From the NCBI RefSeq assembly GCF_000189295.2, contig NC_016803.1:1410001-1442000 (forward strand): DNA of 32,000 nucleotides. The letters run 5' to 3'. The translations under genes and the position numbers were made by a program. Origin of the DNA: Pseudodesulfovibrio mercurii (GTDB lineage Bacteria; Desulfobacterota; Desulfovibrionia; Desulfovibrionales; Desulfovibrionaceae). Within the stretch, counting starts at the first letter, position 1; every line of letters begins with the position of its first letter. This document shows, one piece after another, positions 16,426-23,485 of this stretch. The notes beneath the pieces were generated by a model. The model saw nothing but the letters and a program-made list of their open reading frames with translations. It was not told the origin of the DNA and made no database searches.

Positions 16426-16680
16426 ATGGCCGGAAAGGAGGTTGCCAAGACCTATGTTACCGCCGCACGGTTCGACAGGAACCGCCTGAAAAACGATGAA
16501 GCGCTCCGCGAAAAGGCGGAGGGCGTGCAGCGCCATCTCGAGGAGATCGCGCTGGACGTCGGCCTGGACCCGTCCAGGAACGTCATCCGCGCCGAAGTGG
16601 GCGACGAGGTCCGCATCGGCATCAGCGAGGACATGGACGAGTACTACCGCGAAGCGCCCGGAAGCTGGCGTTTCTACTAG
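16426..16680 (+). CDS. Hypothetical 84-aa acidic protein
   Basis: ATG at 16426 (MAGKEVAKTYVTAARFDRNRLKNDEALREKAEGVQRHLEEIALDVG...). Composition is protein-like and I recognise no family. The part of the track ORF upstream of this ATG overlaps the nifA terminator hairpin. The Shine-Dalgarno is weak. Confidence 0.45.
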   Translation: MAGKEVAKTYVTAARFDRNRLKNDEALREKAEGVQRHLEEIALDVGLDPSRNVIRAEVGDEVRIGISEDMDEYYREAPGSWRFY

Positions 16681-16704
16681 ACGCCCGCCCGAACGCCATG
16701 AAAA

Positions 16705-16736
16705 AGGCCCCGCCGTCACCGGCGGGGCCTTGTCGT
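16705..16736 (+). repeat. 32-nt hairpin repeat, copy 1
   Basis: aggccccgccgtcaccggcggggccttgtcgt has the stem ggccccgccg/cggcggggcc. It is identical over all 32 nt to 16880-16911 in the same orientation. It is preceded by AAAAA, so on the minus strand it reads as a hairpin followed by TTTTT. Confidence 0.8.
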
Positions 16737-16756
16737 GTTATCAAAGTTCATTCCGG

Positions 16757-16879
16757 CAGGTTGTCGAGAAAGGTTCGAGTGCCAGGCGCAAAAAAAGGCA
16801 AGGCCGACGCGTACTTCCTGTACGCGAGGGTTTGACTTTTTTGAAGCAACGACGCAATCGGGCCTTTCTCGGCAACCTG
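16757..16879. repeat. 17-nt inverted repeat pair (16757-16773 and 16863-16879) enclosing a bidirectional terminator-like palindrome
   Basis: caggttgtcgagaaagg compared with the reverse complement of cctttctcggcaacctg (caggttgccgagaaagg) matches at 16 of 17 positions. Confidence 0.7.
16790..16842. terminator. Bidirectional terminator-like element between the convergent transcription units
   Basis: A7 (16790-16796), N11, cgcgtac/ttcct/gtacgcg (16808-16826), N10, T6 (16837-16842). The flanks can extend the stem imperfectly. Read on either strand, the hairpin is followed by a T run. Confidence 0.5.
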
Positions 16880-16911
16880 AGGCCCCGCCGTCACCGGCGG
16901 GGCCTTGTCGT
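16880..16911 (+). repeat. 32-nt hairpin repeat, copy 2
   Basis: Exact direct copy of 16705-16736, located 20 nt downstream of the stop of the minus-strand 81-aa ORF. Confidence 0.8.
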
Positions 16912-16930
16912 TGAGGTCGGAACGAATCGG

Positions 16931-17176
16931 CTATTCGAGAACGCCGAGGGTGCGCACCGAGGCGATCTTTTCCCAGTCGTAGTAGGTGTTGATGTTCAGG
17001 CCGTCCTTGACGCAGGTCACGCGGACGAATTCCTCGCCCAGGAACAGGGTCGCTCCCTCGTAGACCTCGCCCTCGTTGACCTGGATCTTGACGTCCTTGC
17101 GCAGCTTGCGGGACATGGTCCCCTGCACGGGTTTGGACGCGTATTCGAAAACCTTTTCCAATGTCGCCTTGTTCAT
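16931..17176 (-). CDS. Hypothetical 81-aa protein, last gene of the nif operon strand
   Basis: A strong RBS precedes the ATG (atGGAGGAaaacATG). The sequence is MNKATLEKVFEYASKPVQGTMSRKLRKDVKIQVNEGEVYEGATLFLGEEFVRVTCVKDG.... I recognise no family. It has a vaguely Sm-like beta pattern. Confidence 0.6.
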   Translation of the reverse strand: MNKATLEKVFEYASKPVQGTMSRKLRKDVKIQVNEGEVYEGATLFLGEEFVRVTCVKDGLNINTYYDWEKIASVRTLGVLE

Positions 17177-17337
17177 GAGTTTTCCTCCATTCGGGTTCCA
17201 GGTTGCCGCGGGCCGGAAAGCCCGGCCCGGGAAAGACTGTCAAAGGTCGCGCCGGGCCGGTGCGGCCGTGCCGCACCCAAGGTCAATGCGGTCCGATGCC
17301 CCGCCGGAACGGGAGACCGGACCGTAGCGGCCCCGAT

Positions 17338-18606
17338 CTAGCCACACCCGGCCCCGCCGCCCGCGCAACCCGAGCCGATGCCCGAGCGGCGGACCTTCAG
17401 GGCGTTGATGTCGCCGCCCTCGAAGACGAAGCGCAGGGCGTCCTCGATGAAGCCGTCCACGGTGTGGGCCTTGATGTCGTGTTCCTCGAGAACCAGGCGC
17501 GGGGTCTCGCCCACGGCGGCGCAGAGCACCGCCCGGCAATCCTTGAGCAGGGCGGCCAGGTCGGCCCAGCGCTGGGGGCCGCAGCCCGCCTGCGGGGCGG
17601 GACGCTCCTCGATGAGCCGGTAGCCGCCGGACTCGGACTCGCCCCAGATCTGGAAGGACTTGGCCTCGCCCAGGTGCTGGTTGACGAGCAGCCCCTCGCG
17701 GGAGGCCACGGCCACGAACGGGCGGGCCATGGTCACTTCCAGGGGCTTGAGCTTGGAGCAGGCCTGGAGCGTGCCGCACAGGGCCGAGGACTGGTCGTTG
17801 TCGAGCAGACCGACCGCGTCGGCGCGGCAGCGCTTGCAGTGGGTCATCTGCTCGATGAAGGGTCCGGCCTCCTTGCGCAGGGGCAGGACGGTCTCGCGGC
17901 CCGGCTCGGGAATCCCGGCGAACGGGGTGTCGGCCGTGGGCTTGAGCGGAATCATGTTCTGGATGTCGGCCCCGAGCGAGGCGCAGACCTTGGCCACCTC
18001 GACGAGATGGTGGTCGTTGATGCCGGGGATGACGATGGAGTTGATCTTGACCGTGATACCGCGCTCCTTGAGGCCCTTGATGGCCTTGAGCTGGCGGTCC
18101 AGGAGAATCTCCGCGCCCTTCTCGCCGTGGTAGACCACGTTGCCGTCCTTGACCCAGGCGTAGATCTGGGCCCCGATGGCCGGGTCCACGGCCGAGATGG
18201 TGATGGTCACGTGGGACACGCCGAGCTCGGCGATGTCGTCCAGGTACGGCAGGATGCCCATGCCGTTGGTGGACAGGCAGAAGATCAGCTCGGGGTGCTT
18301 CGCGTTCAGCAGGCGCATGGTCTCCAGGGTCTCGGCCGGGTTGGCGAAGGGATCGCCGGGTCCGGCGATGCCCGCCACGGTGATGCGCGGTTCCTTTTCC
18401 AGGACCTTTTCCATGTATTCGGCGGCCTGGAACGGCTTGAGCACGCCGGAGGTCACGCCGGGGCGGGACTCGTTCACGCAGTCGTACTTGCGGTTGCAGT
18501 AGTTGCACTGGATGTTGCACTTGGGCGCCACGGGCAGGTGCACGCGGCCGCAGCTTCCGGCGCTCTTCTTGTTGAAACAGGGGTGCTTGGTGGTATCCTT
18601 GGACAT
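17338..18606 (-). CDS. nifB: NifB, radical SAM FeMo-cofactor (NifB-co) biosynthesis protein with a C-terminal NifX-like domain
   Basis: The start is placed at the ATG at 18606 (MSKDTTKHPCFN...), preceded by AGGAGA. It has HPCF, the radical SAM motif CNIQCNYC, a further Cys motif HCKRCRADAVG, and a NifX-like C-terminal domain (FVAVASREGLLVNQHLGEAKSFQIW). It ends in an unusual Gly/Cys tail, SGIGSGCAGGGAGCG. Confidence 0.92.
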   Translation of the reverse strand: MSKDTTKHPCFNKKSAGSCGRVHLPVAPKCNIQCNYCNRKYDCVNESRPGVTSGVLKPFQAAEYMEKVLEKEPRITVAGIAGPGDPFANPAETLETMRLLNAKHPELIFCLSTNGMGILPYLDDIAELGVSHVTITISAVDPAIGAQIYAWVKDGNVVYHGEKGAEILLDRQLKAIKGLKERGITVKINSIVIPGINDHHLVEVAKVCASLGADIQNMIPLKPTADTPFAGIPEPGRETVLPLRKEAGPFIEQMTHCKRCRADAVGLLDNDQSSALCGTLQACSKLKPLEVTMARPFVAVASREGLLVNQHLGEAKSFQIWGESESGGYRLIEERPAPQAGCGPQRWADLAALLKDCRAVLCAAVGETPRLVLEEHDIKAHTVDGFIEDALRFVFEGGDINALKVRRSGIGSGCAGGGAGCG

Positions 18607-18677
18607 GTCGTTCTCCTGTGGTCGCTCCGGCGGCCGGGCTCTGGGCGCCCGCCCGCCGCGACAGTGCTGCGTTCCGT

Positions 18678-20045
18678 TTAGATATATCCGTAGCCGATGG
18701 GCGAATCGGCCTGCTTCTTCTCGATGATCGCGTTGACCACCCGGTCGAACAGGGCCTGGGTGCCCTTGTAGCCGAGGGTCAGGGTGCGCTGGCCGCCGAA
18801 GCGGTCGTGGATGGGGAAGCCCACGCGGACCAGGGGCACGTTCCACGCCTTGGCGTAGCGATAGCCCTTGGAGTGGCCCACCAGCAGGTCCGGGGCCAGT
18901 TCCTCGGCCTCGGCCGCGATGTCGTGGAAGTCCACGGCCTCGCGCACCTGCGGGGCGATGCGGGCCACGCCGTCGGTGACCTTGGCGATGGCCTCCTCCA
19001 GCCCCTTGTTGCGCGCGCCGGTGCCGGCCAGGACCACGTCCACGCCGATCTCGGCCAGGAAGGCGCACAGGCCGACGACCAGGTCCTCCTCGCCGTAGAC
19101 CACGGCGCGCTTGCCGAAGATGTACTTGTGGCCGTCCACGTAGGCGTCCACCAGACGGCCGCGCTCCAGCTCGTAGCGGCGCGGCATGGGCTTGCCGGAG
19201 ATGTCCTCCAGGGCCTCGAAGAAACGGTCGGACTCGCGCAACCCCATGGGCAGGCCGAGGCGGTGGTTGGGCACGCCGAAGCGCTCCTCCAGGCTGGTGC
19301 CGCCGGTCTTGGCGGGCAGGCAGCGGCCGAACTCGATGGTCGCGCTGGAGCCGCTCATGGTCTTGATGTCCCGGATGGGCGTGCCGCCCTCGGGAATCTT
19401 GACGTAGTCCTCCAGCGCCGGGCCATCCAGGGTCTCGGAGATGTCCGGGAGGATGGTCGCCTCGATGCCGAAATGGTCGCAGATGTCGCGCAGGTGGCGG
19501 ACGTCCTCGCAGGAGACCAGGCTGGGCAGGATGTTCACCCGGCCGGTGGGCGGGGTCTCCTCCAGGCAGAGCTGCTCGACCATGGAGCGGACCGCGCCGT
19601 GCCAGCCGTCCATGTGCGTGCCGTTGTAGCTGGGGGTCGAGACCCGGACCAGCTCTGGCAGGTCGAGATCACCGAATTCCTTGTAAAACTCGCCGAAGTA
19701 CATGGGCACGTCGTCGCCGATGGTCTCGGTCAGGCAGGTGGTCGCCACGCCGATGAGCTGCGGCTCGTACTTCTTCATGACGTTGAGGATGCCCTTCTTC
19801 AGGTTCGGGCCGCCGCCATAGATGGCGTTCTTCTCGCCCAGCGCCGAGGAGGCGATGTCCACGGGCTCGCGAAAGTGGGAGATGATGTACCGGCGCATGT
19901 AGGTGGCGCAGCCCTGGGAGCCGTGCAGGAAGGGAATGGCCCCCTCCACGCCCCGGAAGGCCAGGGAGGCCCCGAGCGGCGTGCACAGCTTGCAGGCATT
20001 GGTGGTGGAGACGAAGTTCGGCTTCACGGTCTTGACCTTACTCAT
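18678..20045 (-). CDS. nifN: NifN, FeMo-cofactor biosynthesis scaffold subunit
   Basis: The start is the ATG at 20045 (MSKVKTVKPNFVSTTNACKLCTPLGASLAFRGVEGAIPFLHGSQGCATY...). It overlaps the nifE stop as ATGAGTAA and is preceded by AAGGAGG. The protein is NifK-like and sits immediately after nifE. Confidence 0.9.
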   Translation of the reverse strand: MSKVKTVKPNFVSTTNACKLCTPLGASLAFRGVEGAIPFLHGSQGCATYMRRYIISHFREPVDIASSALGEKNAIYGGGPNLKKGILNVMKKYEPQLIGVATTCLTETIGDDVPMYFGEFYKEFGDLDLPELVRVSTPSYNGTHMDGWHGAVRSMVEQLCLEETPPTGRVNILPSLVSCEDVRHLRDICDHFGIEATILPDISETLDGPALEDYVKIPEGGTPIRDIKTMSGSSATIEFGRCLPAKTGGTSLEERFGVPNHRLGLPMGLRESDRFFEALEDISGKPMPRRYELERGRLVDAYVDGHKYIFGKRAVVYGEEDLVVGLCAFLAEIGVDVVLAGTGARNKGLEEAIAKVTDGVARIAPQVREAVDFHDIAAEAEELAPDLLVGHSKGYRYAKAWNVPLVRVGFPIHDRFGGQRTLTLGYKGTQALFDRVVNAIIEKKQADSPIGYGYI

Positions 20046-21432
20046 TGACGGCCTCCTTGCGGGCTGCCTTGACGCGGTTGGCGCGCCTCGGGGCGAACTG
20101 CCAGACGGGGGACATGACCGAGGAGTGGATCTCGCGGGCGAAGTTGAGCATGCCGCGGAACCCTTCCAGGGCTTCCTTGCGCTCGTGGTTGTGGTCGCAG
20201 AAGCCCACGCCCAGCTTGTAGGCGATGGGCCGTTCCTTGACCCCGCCCACAAACACGTCCACGTCCTTCTCCTTGATGAAGTGGGAGAGTTCCAGGGGGT
20301 TGGCGTCGTCGATGATGACCGTGCCGGGATCGGTGATCTCGGCCAGTTCGGCGTAGTCCTCCTTGGTGCCGGTCTGGGAGCCGACGACCACGACCTTCAT
20401 GCCCAGGTGGCGGAAGGCCTTGACCAGGGAGAAGGCCTTGAAGGAGCCGCCCACGTACATGGCGACCTTCTTGCCCTCCAGATCCTTGCGGTAGCGGGCC
20501 AGCTCGGGCATGAGCTTCTGCAGCTCCTCGCGGACCAGGGCCTGGGTCCGCTCCACGATGCCGGGGTCCTTGTCCTTGAAGAAGTCGGCCACTTGGTACA
20601 GGGAGTCGGCCATATCCTCGATGCCGAGGTAGGAGACGCGCTTGAACGGGGTGCCGAACTCCTCCTGCATCATCTTGGCCAGGTCCAGGGTGGCTCCGGA
20701 GCACTGGACTAGGTTCAGGGCCGCGCCGTGGCAGCGGGCGATGTCGGCCACGCGGCCGTCGCCGGTGATGTTGGCCACCACCTGCACGCCCATGCGCTCG
20801 AAGTACTCGCGAATGATCCAGATCTCGCCGGCCAGGTTGAAGTCGCCGAGAATATTGATGGAAACCGGAGAAATGTCGGAGGTGTCGCCCTTGCCGATGA
20901 GCCGGAACATGGCCTTGCACGCGGCCAGGTACCCGGCGCGCTTGTTGCCCTTGAACCCCTCGGACATGACCGGCAGCACCGGGATGCCCTTCTTCTCGCT
21001 CATCTTGCGGCAGACCGCCTCCAGGTCGTCGCCGATGAGCCCCACGATGCAGGTGGAGTAGACAAAGGCGGCCTTGGGGGAGTGCCTGTCGATGAGTTCG
21101 TCCAGGGCGGCTTCGAGCTTTTTCTCGCCGCCGAAGATGACGTCCGTCTCCTGGAGATCCGTGGAAAAGGACAGCCGGTGGAGTTCCGGGCCGCTGGACA
21201 GCGAGCCGCGGATGTCCCAGGTGTAGACCGCGCAGCCGATGGGCCCGTGCACCAGGTGCAGGGCGTCGGCGATGGGATAGAGGACCACGCGGGAACCGCA
21301 GAACACGCAGGCGCGCTGGCTGACGGCGCCCGCCAGGGATTCGCGGTTGCAGGCGATGTCGATGGCGCCTTCGCCGGTGCGGTGGATCTGGTCCCGTCTT
21401 TCCTCGAGGATGGTCGAACTGGTCGTACGCAT
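20038..21432 (-). CDS. nifE: NifE, FeMo-cofactor biosynthesis scaffold subunit
   Basis: The protein is NifD-like (AVSQRACVFCGSRVVLYPIADALHLVHGPIGCAVYTWDIRGS...) and 464 aa long. It is followed by nifN with translational coupling. Confidence 0.92.
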   Translation of the reverse strand: MRTTSSTILEERRDQIHRTGEGAIDIACNRESLAGAVSQRACVFCGSRVVLYPIADALHLVHGPIGCAVYTWDIRGSLSSGPELHRLSFSTDLQETDVIFGGEKKLEAALDELIDRHSPKAAFVYSTCIVGLIGDDLEAVCRKMSEKKGIPVLPVMSEGFKGNKRAGYLAACKAMFRLIGKGDTSDISPVSINILGDFNLAGEIWIIREYFERMGVQVVANITGDGRVADIARCHGAALNLVQCSGATLDLAKMMQEEFGTPFKRVSYLGIEDMADSLYQVADFFKDKDPGIVERTQALVREELQKLMPELARYRKDLEGKKVAMYVGGSFKAFSLVKAFRHLGMKVVVVGSQTGTKEDYAELAEITDPGTVIIDDANPLELSHFIKEKDVDVFVGGVKERPIAYKLGVGFCDHNHERKEALEGFRGMLNFAREIHSSVMSPVWQFAPRRANRVKAARKEAVNE

Positions 21433-21455
21433 TTTACTTCCCCTATATCAAATAA

Positions 21456-21887
21456 TTACAAGTCGTTGCCCGGACGATGGATGTTGCGGCCGAGACCGGG
21501 GACCGGGGCCGCGTCCGGGTCCGCGAGGAGCATCAGTCTACCCGCGCTGTCGGCCCTGGCCCACTCGGTGAGCCGGTTGATCAGCAGTTCGCCGAGGCCC
21601 TGGCCCCGCCAATCCTCACGGACAACCACATCTTCGATGAGGACGGCGGGGCCGCCTTCAGCCTCAAGGATCGTCAGCCGTCCCGAACACATGCCGACCA
21701 CAGTCCCGTCGGCGACGTTCGCGATCAGGATGCGTCCCCGACCGTTTTTCAGCATCAGTTCCAGATCGCTCCGCCGCCCGTCCCCGGAGGCGCGGTCCTC
21801 GACGGGCGAGGAGGCCGAACCGGCCAGGGTCACGAGACCGGAAAGGTCCGCGCGGGTTGCGGGGCGGATGACGACGGCTTCAGGCAT
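21456..21887 (-). CDS. GNAT-family N-acetyltransferase
   Basis: 143 aa. The acetyl-CoA binding motif context is IEDVVVREDWRGQGLGELLINRL. It is tightly packed between the ferredoxin gene and nifE, with gaps of 15 and 23 nt. Confidence 0.75.
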   Translation of the reverse strand: MPEAVVIRPATRADLSGLVTLAGSASSPVEDRASGDGRRSDLELMLKNGRGRILIANVADGTVVGMCSGRLTILEAEGGPAVLIEDVVVREDWRGQGLGELLINRLTEWARADSAGRLMLLADPDAAPVPGLGRNIHRPGNDL

Positions 21888-21902
21888 GGGACTCTCGATT
21901 CC

Positions 21903-22205
21903 TTAGGACGCCAGGTAGTCGGCGGCGGGCTCGCCGTCTTCCAGACCGTCCAGAATTGCGTCGATCGCTGCTTCGGAATCCACGCCCTTGAACCACCAGT
22001 TCTCGGGCTGGATGACCATCATGGGCCCTGATTCGCACTGCTTCAGGCAGGTGGAACCGACAACCAGGGCGTCCAAACCGCGATCCAAAATTTCTTCCTC
22101 GATATACTGCAGGAAACCGTCGGTCTGCTTGTGGCAGATGCCCTTGGGCTCACCGGCCGCACGGAAGGACTGACAACAGATGATCATTCTCTGGGGGATA
22201 GCCAT
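21903..22205 (-). CDS. Thioredoxin-like [2Fe-2S] ferredoxin
   Basis: 100 aa, with AAGGAGA upstream of the ATG. Cysteines at positions 11, 24, 53 and 57 (IICCQSF...GICHKQ...STCLKQCESGP) match the spacing of the thioredoxin-like 2Fe-2S ferredoxin family, as in Clostridium pasteurianum-type ferredoxin. Confidence 0.75.
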   Translation of the reverse strand: MAIPQRMIICCQSFRAAGEPKGICHKQTDGFLQYIEEEILDRGLDALVVGSTCLKQCESGPMMVIQPENWWFKGVDSEAAIDAILDGLEDGEPAADYLAS

Positions 22206-22225
22206 TTCCTCAATTCTCCTTCTGG

Positions 22226-23401
22226 TTACTTCTTGTTCTTCTTGCCTTTCTTACCGCCCCCGTAGAGCACATCCACGGTTCCCTCGATCTCGCCGTCCGT
22301 GATCAGGACGGACAGACCCTTGCGGCTCAAAATTTGTCGCGGGCTCTCCCCGGCCGAGGCGGCCAGCAGGACGAAACAGTCGTGCAGGGTCTCGGACAGG
22401 TCCTCCCAGCGCTGGGCCCCGGTACCGGGCTCAGGCAGGTCGCGCATGCCCAGCAGGCAGGCCAGGCCGTCGCCGCGCGGGCCGTAGATCATGGCCTTGA
22501 TGGCGTGGCCCAGGTGCAGGTCCACCTCCATGCCGTTGGAGCTGACCACGGCCACGTTGGGCCGTTCCCTGGTGGGCTTGGGCAGGATCGAGACCTTGGC
22601 GTCGGTCTTGCCCGGCGTTTCCAGGCCGACCAGGTCCTGGCCGCACTCGTCGAAGCCGGGCATGATGTCGATGTGCCGGGCCGCGCGGTCGCGGATCTCG
22701 GCCAGCAGCTCCATGTCCGTGGCCGCGGGCGCGTCCTCCACGCCCTCCTCGGGGTGGTAGGGGACCACGGCCATGATGTCCGCGCCGAGCCCGGCCATGG
22801 TTGAGGCGATCTTCTCCACGTGCCCGGCGTTGTAGCCGGGGTACACGGTGGTGTTGATCTTGACGGTCAGACCGGCGCGCTTGAAGGCGGTCACGGCCCG
22901 GGCCTGGTCCGTGATGAGCAGCTCCACGGCCTCCTTGAGGGGCAGGGTGTGCCGCGCGGGCCTGACCCAGGCGTAGAGCTTCTCCGCCACCTCGGGGTCC
23001 ACGGCGTCCACGAGCACGGTCACGTGAGCCACGCCGAGGTCGGCCAGTTCCTCGGCGTACTCGGCGCCGTTCATGCCGAGCGTGGTCAGGCAGAGGGAAA
23101 GATCGGGGTACTTGTCCCGAACCAGGCGCAGGGTGCGCAGGGTCAGGTCGGGGGCGGTCAGGGGATCGCCGGGACCGGTGATGCCGACGATGCCGATGGG
23201 CTTGCCCTGCTCCACCACGTGGTCGAGCCAGTTCAGGGCCTCTTCGGGCATCATGGCGGGCTTGGAGCCGTTGCTCCCGGAAAAACGGATGCGGGCGTTG
23301 GCGCGCGGGGCCACGGGCAGGTGCAGGCGGCCCACGGTCTTGCGTGAGGTCATGCCGAAGCAGGGATGGGATGCGTAGCCTTCAGCGGTGGTCTTGGACA
23401 T
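22226..23401 (-). CDS. NifB paralog lacking the radical-SAM CxxxCxxC cysteines, with a NifX-like C-terminal domain
   Basis: 391 aa. It is collinear with the true NifB: HPCF...GRLHLPVAP / GIVGITGPGDP / LCLTT / HVTVLVDAVDP...YAWV / GLTVKINTTV / LGADIMAVVP, then a NifX-like domain (VAVVSSNGMEVDLHLGHAIKAMIY). Where NifB has PKCNIQCNYCN, this protein has PRANARIRFSG (nt 23279-23302). Where NifB has HCKRCRADAVG, it has FDECGQDLVG. Confidence 0.85.
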   Translation of the reverse strand: MSKTTAEGYASHPCFGMTSRKTVGRLHLPVAPRANARIRFSGSNGSKPAMMPEEALNWLDHVVEQGKPIGIVGITGPGDPLTAPDLTLRTLRLVRDKYPDLSLCLTTLGMNGAEYAEELADLGVAHVTVLVDAVDPEVAEKLYAWVRPARHTLPLKEAVELLITDQARAVTAFKRAGLTVKINTTVYPGYNAGHVEKIASTMAGLGADIMAVVPYHPEEGVEDAPAATDMELLAEIRDRAARHIDIMPGFDECGQDLVGLETPGKTDAKVSILPKPTRERPNVAVVSSNGMEVDLHLGHAIKAMIYGPRGDGLACLLGMRDLPEPGTGAQRWEDLSETLHDCFVLLAASAGESPRQILSRKGLSVLITDGEIEGTVDVLYGGGKKGKKNKK

Positions 23402-23437
23402 GACGGCCTTCTTGGTTAGGGGGAAACAGGGTTGTTT

Positions 23438-23474
23438 GGTCCGGGGCGGAGGGGGAAGGACTCCGCCCCGGACC
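23438..23474 (-). promoter_or_regulatory. Strong intercistronic hairpin after nifK (possible partial terminator or mRNA stabiliser)
   Basis: ggtccggggcggag (23438-23451), a 9-nt loop, then ctccgccccggacc (23461-23474) forms a 14-bp perfect GC-rich stem. It lies in the 83-nt nifK to NifB-paralog gap. No T run follows on the minus strand. Confidence 0.45.
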
Positions 23475-23485
23475 GGGTATGAACG

